Below are positions 30,805 to 39,867 of a stretch of DNA of 64,000 bases, one piece after another. The notes under the pieces were generated by a model. It was not told the origin of the DNA. It ran no database searches and saw only the letters and a list, made by a program, of their open reading frames with translations. Made by a program: the position numbers and the translations under genes. Location of the stretch: the NCBI GenBank assembly GCA_029775855.1, contig JARVJZ010000004.1:96001-160000 (forward strand), given 5' to 3'. Every line of letters starts with the position of its first letter. Within the stretch, counting starts at the first letter, position 1. This DNA is from Nitrososphaeria archaeon. Lineage in GTDB: Archaea > Thermoproteota > Nitrososphaeria > Nitrososphaerales > JAAOZN01.

Positions 30805-31382
30805 CGTGGTCTAATGTGAGCGTAATTAAGGTAAAAGAGGAAGGATGCAAAACTCGCATAGAGGGCTTAGGGTTAAAGCCTCAGAGCTCAGAAATATTGT
30901 TAGATGAGGTATTAAGGCTTAAAGTAAGCTACAGAATCGTTGGCGAGTTAAGAGATGTCTTAACCCAGAAGAGCATCGAAGAAGCATACAAAAAACACGA
31001 TGTGAACTTCAGACTCACGTCAACGGTCAACCTACTTAAGCAAACAGCGCCATTCATCTATAGGCGAGTCAAAGCGATTAAACTTGCTAGAAAGGCGATA
31101 TTTTACTGGAGCAGAGATAGTAGCGTGGAGAGCAGAATAAGGATTATGGTTGTGAATGAAAACGGCAACCCATCAATCGTAGAGCAGATAGAGCAGCTAA
31201 ATGAAAAACTGTTTGACTACACCATAAAAATAACCCTACTTGGAAGAGACTTGGGTATAGGAGAGCATAAATTAGCCGCTAAAGTAAGGGTTAAGTGGGG
31301 TTCTCACACCTTCATAAATAAAGGAAAAGCAGAATCAACCTCAGAAAAATTAAAGATCTTGATTAAACCCACGTCTCATTAA
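30795..31382 (+). CDS. Hypothetical protein
   Basis: 195-aa ORF overlapping the tes stop; no recognisable motif. Confidence 0.55.
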   Translation: MPITWSNVSVIKVKEEGCKTRIEGLGLKPQSSEILLDEVLRLKVSYRIVGELRDVLTQKSIEEAYKKHDVNFRLTSTVNLLKQTAPFIYRRVKAIKLARKAIFYWSRDSSVESRIRIMVVNENGNPSIVEQIEQLNEKLFDYTIKITLLGRDLGIGEHKLAAKVRVKWGSHTFINKGKAESTSEKLKILIKPTSH

Positions 31383-31406
31383 CATGTTGCTGTAGATGCA
31401 TGACTT

Positions 31407-31593
31407 CAATCTACAGATCGATACTTTAATGTGATGGTTAGACAGTTTGTATACAAATCAAGTAAAATCGTCATAAACCAAAGGGATACGGGTTACAATT
31501 AGGCTTAAATCGGCAGACGTTACTCACGGATTCTACATAGCTGAGTTAGGTATCAATGAAACAGTCTCTTTTTGCGAAGAAACAACACAATAA
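31407..31593 (+). pseudogene. Frameshifted cupredoxin (COX2/CuA-like) domain remnant
   Basis: YFNVMVRQFVYKSSKIVINQRDT, +1 frameshift near 31491, then VTIRLKSADVTHGFYIAELGINETV…stop. Confidence 0.7.
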
Positions 31594-31776
31594 TGCTTGG
31601 ATATAGAAGACTGAAGCGTTTATCTGATCTGTGTGTTAAATCATATAGGCTTCGACTTTCTTTAGTGAAGCTTTGGTTGACGAGCTTTAAAACAAATGCT
31701 TTCCTACACGAGAAAAATATGTATAGTAGAAGTTAACTACCTTTAGTAAGAAGGCGAATGGTACAAAGTTGCCGCT

Positions 31777-31942
31777 GGGGACGTAGTCTAGCAAGGTTCC
31801 TGTTGAGCCCTGGAGAGGTAGGACGACAGGCTCCAGAGGTTTAGTGCTATAGGTTCGCTGACAGTGTTGGATGATGTACCCTTTGGAGCTAGGGTGAGGG
31901 GGAACCTGTAGGCCGTGGGTTCAAGTCCCACCGTCCCCACCA
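31777..31942 (+). tRNA. tRNA-Trp(CCA) with two introns (D-loop 31794-31815; anticodon 37/38 31837-31903)
   Basis: GGGGACG/CGTCCCC acceptor stem; ACAGG-CT-CCA-G|A-CCTGT; BHB central helices CTAG/CTGG and CTCC/GGGG. Confidence 0.92.
31837..31903 (+). ncRNA. Intron-encoded box C/D guide RNA for tRNA-Trp 2'-O-methylation
   Basis: Guide ctataggttc before CTGA (31858-31861) pairs with gaacctgtag, and the N+5 rule hits C39; C'-like ATGATG; second guide ctttggagc pairs with the anticodon loop. Confidence 0.75.
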
Positions 31943-33425
31943 ATTTTGTGGCAATAGTTTTATCGCCAAATCGTTAGTTCTGTAGATAGGCATCGAGATA
32001 TTCTTGAGTTTTCTATCATTTTCATTTCTTCTTGCAAAGTTCAGCTTATAAATCATTGCTTCATTTCCCTACTAGTATGGCTTAACAGGAGCCTATTTGG
32101 ATGCAGTCCTTATCTTTTGTTGTTAAAGGACTAATCAAGGTATATATGGTGGACGTAGGTTTATATCTCACAAACTAAATTAGGTTATTACCTTTAGTTC
32201 GACCATTCAAATTATGACTATGTTTACCTAAATAGTCTTGTATAGTAGTAGGTAGGATCGCCGAAAAAGAATTTTCTTAATATATCCTCCAAATATTGTT
32301 CAAGTTCTACAATTCTTGGTTTACTTTGTTCTTTATAAACCTTATAACCATCATAGAAACACTCATGCTCTTTACAATTTTTTAATCCGCACAAAGCAAA
32401 TTTCCAACGAAGTCTATCTTCGATGCCAAACATTGGAAATTTGTCACCAAATTTAATTTTATATTTTTCCACATGAAGACCATATATACTTTCAAATCGG
32501 TCATCCCAGCAGTCAGGGTGATAGAATGGCTTGTTCGTTGCAGGATGATAGAAAGTTTTGATGTATTCCTTTCTCTTATAATTCCCGACAATTAGATTGG
32601 TTACACCTATTCCAAAGCCAGCAACAGCTGTCCAATCAATGTTGGATATATGGGTGTGAACATACTCCATATTTTCACACGCTATCATATGCGCTTCATA
32701 GAATTTCTTGGCTACGCTTGCGTGTGTTTGTGTGATAATTTTAAATTCTTCAGGGTTAGAGCCCTTAATCGAAATTTCGATAACAACTTTGAAAGGCTTA
32801 TCTTTAAGAGGACTGAAGACAGCTTTTAATTCATCCTTATCGATGATGCCTAGAAGAATTCCGTTTGTTTGGATAAGTATAGAATTGTTAAACCTAGGCG
32901 AGATATCCTCTGGAATTTTCATTAGAAAGTATACATAATGTTCTAGCGATTTTTTGTTTAGAAAAGGTTCTCCACCAAGAATTCTAAACCAGTTATAAGA
33001 GGATTTGTTGCCCGGAATTGGAATTCTACTCATGAATGTTAGAAATTCGTCAACTAATCTATCTAGAGACACGCAGATAACTTTTTTATTCTTTTTAGCC
33101 TTTTCATGCCAAGAGTAATTATAAGCGAAACAAGGGATGCAACGGAGATTACAAAAAGCAGACCTTATTACAACCTCACCTGGTGGAGTTGGTCCACACT
33201 CAGCGTTTGTGACAATTTTTCCGTTATCTACTTTAAATTTTAGTGTTTTAGTGATTTCTTCTCCAAATAGTGAGAATTGTTTCATTGGGAAGTCTCTCCT
33301 CTAACTTCCGATAATTTATCTTACTAACTCATATTTAAAAGTGGTTTAAAGAATATTTCTATGCTTCTTTAGGCGCCTTCCTCTAGGTCATTCTCTTTAT
33401 ATTAATGTCACACCGTCCCTATCAA
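31925..33425. mobile_element. Relic tRNA-Trp-targeted mini-island with degenerate att repeats
   Basis: gtcccaccgtccccaccaa (31925-31943) vs gtcacaccgtccctatcaa (33407-33425), 16/19 identical; the enclosed DNA is visibly AT-rich. Confidence 0.55.
32224..33285 (-). CDS. Radical SAM protein of unknown function (AT-rich, probably acquired)
   Basis: CNLRCIPC, GGEPF, QTNG, ISIKG. Confidence 0.85.
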   Translation of the reverse strand: MKQFSLFGEEITKTLKFKVDNGKIVTNAECGPTPPGEVVIRSAFCNLRCIPCFAYNYSWHEKAKKNKKVICVSLDRLVDEFLTFMSRIPIPGNKSSYNWFRILGGEPFLNKKSLEHYVYFLMKIPEDISPRFNNSILIQTNGILLGIIDKDELKAVFSPLKDKPFKVVIEISIKGSNPEEFKIITQTHASVAKKFYEAHMIACENMEYVHTHISNIDWTAVAGFGIGVTNLIVGNYKRKEYIKTFYHPATNKPFYHPDCWDDRFESIYGLHVEKYKIKFGDKFPMFGIEDRLRWKFALCGLKNCKEHECFYDGYKVYKEQSKPRIVELEQYLEDILRKFFFGDPTYYYTRLFR

Positions 33426-33453
33426 CTACTACCTCAAGGTAATAAGACTAATC

Positions 33454-36400
33454 TTACTTGCCTTTGGTTATTCTTGACTTTTTTAGGAGTACTACTATTA
33501 TTGATACTGCTATGAGTAAAATAACTGAGACCAGTAAGGCTAGATTTAAGTTCTCTGGCGCTGAGACCGCAATTTGTGGAGTTGTAGAGGTAGGCGTTTC
33601 ACTTATTGCTTGGGAACTTTCGGTGAATACGCTTTTTTCTCTCTTGGTTTCTATAGTTGTTGTGGTTTCGGTCTTTTCGCTGGCTTGTGTTTTTATAACC
33701 TCTATAGAGCCGCTTGCCTTTAACTTTACGACCGCTAGAACGGGGTCTCCAGTACTCAGAGTAAGAACTATCTCCTTTTTGCCCTCATCGTAAACCCAGT
33801 TTCTTAGCAGTATATATTCTTCTTTCTGCGCAAGGTACTTGAAGATGCCTATTTCATCAGCTTTCTTAACGTCTAATTCACTTATTTTAACACTAACAGC
33901 TACAGATGCTTCATCTGCCTCGATTATATCTAGGAGTAAAAACTTGGCTTTTTCAGCTATTTCGATTACCTTTGACTCTTTGAATGGATTCTCTTGAAGT
34001 TGAGTTATCTGCACCACTATCTTACCCTTTGATTCGACTGTGACACCCAGATTTGAGTGAACTTGCCCTTGACCTACAACAGTTTCACTTTTAGATGTCA
34101 CGCTCCTGAGGGTCAAAACACCAGTAGTAGGCTTTGATAAGGCTACCCCAACAAGAGTAGCGCCGTCTAACCTTAACTCTCCAGATCTAACGACCTTCCC
34201 ATCTAATTCTGCTAAGAACCTAGGCTTCATAACTTCGTCAGACACTAGAACAAGAAAGTTTCTCACACCAGAAAGCTTAATCTTATCGTTTTCAACCTTT
34301 ATAGGCGCATCGGCCCAAACCTCCAACTTACCACCACTGCTATAGTATACTTCTCCACCTTTAGTATCTTCTAGTGAGATTACCGTGGCTGCTACAGTAT
34401 GTCCATCAGCATTCACCTGGAGTACTAAGTTTTCTTTGAGCAGATTTTGATCGACCTCAGCTTCGAAGCTGAATCGTTCTTGGCTTCTAGGCTTTACTTC
34501 TTTTTTATCGGATCTGATTTCGTTATGGCCGTTGGCTAATCCAATATAAACATTCGCTGGCTCATCTCCCAAGTTATGAACGGTAGCTTCGATGCGGGCT
34601 ACCCCTTCTTTTATGCTGATCTCAACATCTTCTTGTCTAAAAACTATCACTGCACGTAATTTCTCAGCATAGCTTCCTGGTTCAGCTCTGCTTACTATTT
34701 GTGCAGCGTCATGTAGCAGCCTAGCCATTTCATCTATGGTTAGTGAGATATAGTACGTGTCTTCGTATGAAAATCTTAATGATGGTGTTGAAACTATTAA
34801 GTTCAAAACGTCTAGGAGCTCTTGGCGAAGAGCCGAGAATAAAGTTAAGTTACCGGCTATTTCGTTTTGCAGCTCGGGTGTAAGAGCTTTTAAGGCTGCT
34901 CTCCTCAACATTAAGTCTGCTGAATTAACTACATCGATGATTAAGTTAAGGTCACTTATACTGTAGCTGACTTGTGATAAGGAAACTAAAAGCCTAGCTT
35001 TAACTTTATTTAATTGTGATGATAAGTCATTTAGGTCTTTGACGTCTTTGTTGTAGTCGGAAAAAAGAGTGGATGGGGAGCCAGTGTTTATCATAAATTT
35101 AGATGGGATGTAAGTCAAAGTTGATTCCAATGGTATAGGTCTAGGTGACTCAAATTGGTTGACAAATAGAGTAGTCTTAGGACTGGCTATACGTAATGTT
35201 ACTAGTGTTGATAGAATTGGTCCGAGAACTTGTGCTGTGTGTATAAGCGCGAAGACAAAAGCTTCAAATTTACTCTCTTGCCCGCCGACGAAAGCGTAGT
35301 ATAGGGTTGGGGTCCAAACCCCCTTTACCGCCATGTCAAACAAACTGCTTAAGATTAAAGCAAGGTAAAGCTTTGCTACTACATCTTTTAAGCCTACTTG
35401 CTTAGTTGTGGTGCCAGCCTTGAAGGTTAGAGGAATGTTCAAAGCCTTTAAGAGTTGGGGGCTTACGGATATGCTTGAACCCATCATCTTCTCGTGTATC
35501 CCATCAAGCCCTCTAGCTATTGACAGTAGGAGTGCTGCAATATTCTGCGCTTTGATTAACACGTCTGCTGTACCATAGAAGAGCTCTTCAGTGTAGCTGT
35601 AGAAGGATGCAGAGGATAATACGCCTTCACGTTCAACCCTACCACTCCACGTTTGAGAGGCTGGCTTTTTGCTTCGTAGAGAAGATAATGGTGAAGTTAG
35701 GCTTTCAAAATCGGCTAGCTCATTCGGATACTTTCCAAGGTTAGGCAGTGAAAGCAGGATTACGTTGTTGAGAGCAGGGATTAGAGGAGAAACTACAGAT
35801 AACACTGGCGTCCCTACAGGGAAATAGGTGTATTGGGAATCGAGCTCGTTCACTACTATTAACTGCATCATCACATTGTAGAGGTACATGAGAGTGTGTG
35901 CTATAAGTGTACTTAAAACTTGAAACATCAATTCAAAACTTAACTCACCTAAAAATTCTCCCATACCGATCAGCGAAGAGTAATAAAATCTTATTAATTT
36001 GAACGAAAAAGCTATAAAAGCAGTGGAGGCTTCTTTACTTCCAAGCATCTCATTAAGGGTTCTGGATATTAAGTCGTTTCCCAGTATATTCAGTAGTGAA
36101 AGTATAGTGCCTTCAGTTACTAGATACGCTATCTTCTTACTGCCTAATATGGTTGCTACTTCTTTTGGTGCGATGTTGGGATACTTCTTAGCGATCTGCG
36201 CAAAAATATTCTTCTGGTTCCAGAATTTAGTATAGCTGAAATATCCTTTAAAGGTCTCTAAGGTCATGGCTAGAGCGAGTATCTTAGAGGTTAGTAGAGT
36301 TGATAATTCAGCATAGAAATAGTTTCTAAGCATTAATCCTTGTAGGGCAACCAGTTTAGCTAGCTTATTCCAGTAGTTAGTTGGGACATCTATATCGGTA

Positions 36401-39400
36401 GGACTTAGCCTGAACTGTGGTAGACTAAGGTTCAGAGGATTATTGAAGACTTCCAGTTCAGTACCCCTAGTCTCTTCTGTGCCTATAGTTGGAAAGATTA
36501 CCCTTGGTCCTATGTACATTAGATCTTCTTGTCTTTTTAAGGTAGTTGCAAAAATTTCTTTAAGAATATTCTTTATGTCTGACTCGCCGCTGAAACGGTC
36601 TAAGGAATTTAAGAGATTTTGAGCAAATCGCAGCATCTGATTTACTATGGTATGGTCAGCAAGTACCATCTTGTAGTTTGGTTCTACAGCAAGTTTCTTT
36701 TGGTAATCAATATAGTATGTGAAAAGTGAGTATGGTAAGTAGAGTTTTACGTCGTAGACCGCAATTCCTTGAGTTTTTTCTTCTTTAGGTATTACAACTC
36801 TAACTCCCGCATCATTAACATTTAAAGTAGGGTATCCTTTAATACCATAAGAACCGAAATATATTGTATAAGATATTCGATAGACCGCATCTTCCTTAAT
36901 ATTCTCATCGTCGTCTAAGGAAACCAGAAGCGGCTTTGAACCCACGCTAAAGCTCTCTATTACTTTGTTAGTCTTGGTGTCGATCAAATTGATAGCTACA
37001 GGTTTGGGTAAGGGTCTCTCAAGCTTTCCGCTATAGATGCTTTCCCTTATAGAAGTGAGAATATTCCTCCTCCAAGGGTTATCTGGGTATCCTAGGTATA
37101 AGTCATACGCAGTGATACGTAAGTATTTTCCAAAGGTGTATATGTCGATCCAGCTCGTGGAATCAGCTCCTCTACTATCCTCCGCTTTTAACCTCAGATA
37201 TAGGAACTTGGGCACATCACCACGTAAGGTTTCATTTAGCTTGCTGTATGAGGGTATCTTAATCTTGAAGTAAGCATATCCAGTTTTATCAGCCTTGCTT
37301 TGCATTTTTGATAGTTGCAGTACAACAGTTTTATTTGTTAGTTCTAACCAACTTTCTAATTTGACTGTAACATCCTCAGAACCTTCACCATAACTTGCGG
37401 TGATAACCTCTACTTCTTCTCCGCTAAGCACTGAATACTTGTCTGGAATTATAAATAAGATCTTACTTTCTCTCTGATACACAGAGGCTTCGGCTTCTCC
37501 ATATGGGAACTCTAATATTGTGTTTACATAAACTTCACCCCCAGAAAACATTAGAGGTGTGTAGGTATTGTTTTGCCGTATTATTTGCCCCATCCAAGCG
37601 AAGATGGCATATTGTGTTTCGCCCTGTTCAACTTGGTTTATCGTATCTTTGTCGACGAATGCTCTATTTAGATATAACTCAGCGTATAACGGAAAAGTCC
37701 TAAATACACCTTTAACAGTAGCGTTGACATATCCTAGTGGCTCACTACTAATTTTGTAGGCCTCAGATTTTTGTTCATGGCTTACTCCGGTGAGATAACT
37801 TTGGTAGGTGGTGGAGCGATCTTCTGCAAACTGCATAAGGACATTAACAGACGGTGGCTTATTATACAGGTAGAGCAGAAGGTCTATCTTAGAACTTGAC
37901 TGGAAGACATCTGAGCTTCTACTTTCATCCCACACTATCTCGTCTTTAAAGAACGCTCTACGCTCTCTTAATGAGTAAAATTTATTATAGTCTATCTCCT
38001 TTGAAACTATCTGAGCTTCTGGTGGGAGTTCAACCTTTTCTTGGATAAAATAAGACTCCCCAGTATAAAGAACTTTTTGGTAACGCTTAAAGTGCATCTC
38101 ATGTGAATACATAATGCATTCTAATGATGTAGCTTCAATCGCATAACCAGGTGGAGCAGGGTTAGGCAACCATCCTCCAACCTTAACTAATCCGCTAACT
38201 CGTGTCTTGGCTTGGGCTTCCTCCACTTCAATACCTAGAGGATTCTTACTGTTCTTATAAAGAGATTGCGCGTGATTATAAAGAATTCCGACATTTAAAA
38301 GTAAAGCCCCATCATCTGCATAACCCGCCTTATTAACACTTAACCTTGTATAGGTAGTGTAGGAGCCGTCGAACTTCACCTGCGGAGTTTCAACGGTATC
38401 GGAGAACGTCTTAAGGTCGTAATGAACATGCTTGAGAAATGCTTGAAATCTTTCAGGCCCTACCTCAACTTCGAAATTAAAGGTTAGCTTAAACCTTTCT
38501 TTTGAATCCGATATGGTTAAGCTGACAATATCATTCCCTTTGTAGACCTCTGGATCAATTATGTAGAAGACTGCGGTGCTAAGGAAGAAACTTTTCATGT
38601 CATTGATAAGCAAGTCTATAGTTTGGTTATGCTTTGTAGTAGCTGCTCCTATAGGCTGGAAGATTCTGGTTTTATTCTTATTCCAAAAGACATGGTGTTT
38701 ATATTCACTAAGATACCGTTCCATCTCCTCCTCAGTCCACTTAACGTGGATTATAGCGCCTGAGGGGTTAGGGGCAACTATATGCTCGTAGTCGGCAGGC
38801 GCGGCTGGAATGAAGTAGCCTACCTTACCCTCTGTGCTCCATGAGACCGTTAAATGAGAATAATAAAGATCATCTACCGGTAAAGAGCCCAACAAACTCA
38901 TTAAATCGTTCGGAAAAGGAATACTCCTCCTTTCACCCTTCAATATACTCCTAACAACACTCAAGATGTTAACCTGTTTGAAACCTAAGGATAGGAGAAG
39001 GCTCTCACCCTTAGGTATCTTCACAGCCCCGCGGTTTGGTATCGTAAGATAAGTGTAAAGCGCTTCAGGGTATTCCTCGTAAACACTTTCAACTGGGAAT
39101 GAAATGTGATAAAACATCACATCGCCTTCTTGGTAAAGAGTGTACATGTTCGGTTTAAGAGAGTCTGGGATATAGCCTCCCCACAACAAGTATTGATCAA
39201 ACTTAATCTTATCTATGCGATAAGTTAGGTTATAGGGCTCACGACCTATCGTAATAGGTCCGACCTTTTTCCAGCCGGGGAAGGAGATGTTTAGCAAGAA
39301 GTAATCTTTGCCCTTGTAGAGATAATTTGTAATATAGTCTAGGTATGTAGGTCTACTTTCAGCCTTCCAAAACTCCAGTGCACCTAAAGGTTCACTAAAA

Positions 39401-39618
39401 CTTATTGGTGGGTCTATAACCTTGCCTAAGCTTTCGTAAGGCAAGCCTCTAAATACAAACATTCCGTTGATTATTAAGTTGTTTGAAAGCCAATTTCTTA
39501 ATTGAGTGTATGGGTCATCTAAGGCCACCGCTAGTGGTGAAGATAAATTTGATAAAGCCAACATAAATATGAGCGATGATGCAGCTAGTTTTAGCGTATG
39601 GTTCTTCATCTCACACAT
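33454..39618 (-). CDS. Giant (2054 aa) secreted, C-terminally anchored surface protein
   Basis: N-terminal signal peptide, Ig/CARDB-like segment (IEATVHNLGDEPA), S/T-rich linker, C-terminal TM helix plus basic tail; internal hydrophobic helices. Confidence 0.8.
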   Translation of the reverse strand: MCEMKNHTLKLAASSLIFMLALSNLSSPLAVALDDPYTQLRNWLSNNLIINGMFVFRGLPYESLGKVIDPPISFSEPLGALEFWKAESRPTYLDYITNYLYKGKDYFLLNISFPGWKKVGPITIGREPYNLTYRIDKIKFDQYLLWGGYIPDSLKPNMYTLYQEGDVMFYHISFPVESVYEEYPEALYTYLTIPNRGAVKIPKGESLLLSLGFKQVNILSVVRSILKGERRSIPFPNDLMSLLGSLPVDDLYYSHLTVSWSTEGKVGYFIPAAPADYEHIVAPNPSGAIIHVKWTEEEMERYLSEYKHHVFWNKNKTRIFQPIGAATTKHNQTIDLLINDMKSFFLSTAVFYIIDPEVYKGNDIVSLTISDSKERFKLTFNFEVEVGPERFQAFLKHVHYDLKTFSDTVETPQVKFDGSYTTYTRLSVNKAGYADDGALLLNVGILYNHAQSLYKNSKNPLGIEVEEAQAKTRVSGLVKVGGWLPNPAPPGYAIEATSLECIMYSHEMHFKRYQKVLYTGESYFIQEKVELPPEAQIVSKEIDYNKFYSLRERRAFFKDEIVWDESRSSDVFQSSSKIDLLLYLYNKPPSVNVLMQFAEDRSTTYQSYLTGVSHEQKSEAYKISSEPLGYVNATVKGVFRTFPLYAELYLNRAFVDKDTINQVEQGETQYAIFAWMGQIIRQNNTYTPLMFSGGEVYVNTILEFPYGEAEASVYQRESKILFIIPDKYSVLSGEEVEVITASYGEGSEDVTVKLESWLELTNKTVVLQLSKMQSKADKTGYAYFKIKIPSYSKLNETLRGDVPKFLYLRLKAEDSRGADSTSWIDIYTFGKYLRITAYDLYLGYPDNPWRRNILTSIRESIYSGKLERPLPKPVAINLIDTKTNKVIESFSVGSKPLLVSLDDDENIKEDAVYRISYTIYFGSYGIKGYPTLNVNDAGVRVVIPKEEKTQGIAVYDVKLYLPYSLFTYYIDYQKKLAVEPNYKMVLADHTIVNQMLRFAQNLLNSLDRFSGESDIKNILKEIFATTLKRQEDLMYIGPRVIFPTIGTEETRGTELEVFNNPLNLSLPQFRLSPTDIDVPTNYWNKLAKLVALQGLMLRNYFYAELSTLLTSKILALAMTLETFKGYFSYTKFWNQKNIFAQIAKKYPNIAPKEVATILGSKKIAYLVTEGTILSLLNILGNDLISRTLNEMLGSKEASTAFIAFSFKLIRFYYSSLIGMGEFLGELSFELMFQVLSTLIAHTLMYLYNVMMQLIVVNELDSQYTYFPVGTPVLSVVSPLIPALNNVILLSLPNLGKYPNELADFESLTSPLSSLRSKKPASQTWSGRVEREGVLSSASFYSYTEELFYGTADVLIKAQNIAALLLSIARGLDGIHEKMMGSSISVSPQLLKALNIPLTFKAGTTTKQVGLKDVVAKLYLALILSSLFDMAVKGVWTPTLYYAFVGGQESKFEAFVFALIHTAQVLGPILSTLVTLRIASPKTTLFVNQFESPRPIPLESTLTYIPSKFMINTGSPSTLFSDYNKDVKDLNDLSSQLNKVKARLLVSLSQVSYSISDLNLIIDVVNSADLMLRRAALKALTPELQNEIAGNLTLFSALRQELLDVLNLIVSTPSLRFSYEDTYYISLTIDEMARLLHDAAQIVSRAEPGSYAEKLRAVIVFRQEDVEISIKEGVARIEATVHNLGDEPANVYIGLANGHNEIRSDKKEVKPRSQERFSFEAEVDQNLLKENLVLQVNADGHTVAATVISLEDTKGGEVYYSSGGKLEVWADAPIKVENDKIKLSGVRNFLVLVSDEVMKPRFLAELDGKVVRSGELRLDGATLVGVALSKPTTGVLTLRSVTSKSETVVGQGQVHSNLGVTVESKGKIVVQITQLQENPFKESKVIEIAEKAKFLLLDIIEADEASVAVSVKISELDVKKADEIGIFKYLAQKEEYILLRNWVYDEGKKEIVLTLSTGDPVLAVVKLKASGSIEVIKTQASEKTETTTTIETKREKSVFTESSQAISETPTSTTPQIAVSAPENLNLALLVSVILLIAVSIIVVLLKKSRITKGK

Positions 39619-39867
39619 CTACTAGTTTTAGCTAAATTATTTAAATTATTCGTGACAAGTTGCGGAGGGGGTTGAAAAGAATACTTACTTAACAGCGCTA
39701 TATCAGTCCTTATTTTGAATCTTGCCGATGCTCCCTGTCTCAGGCATTCAATTTCACCCCTATGCTTTATCCGCTGCTAGAGACCCGTTTTATATGATTA
39801 TGCATCCAAGAAAACATAGCTGAAAAAGGTAAACTTTAAAGAAAGGCTTATATAGTTTATTAACAGC

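Noticed and set aside
32224-33285. Radical SAM protein as a prokaryotic viperin
   Set aside because: Only generic radical SAM motifs are shared; viperin-type NYH/CNYxCxFCF context is not seen.
39657-39677. Weak resemblance to the tRNA-Gly 3' end (possible att site bounding the cohesin genes)
   Set aside because: Needs several gaps to align; not distinguishable from chance.
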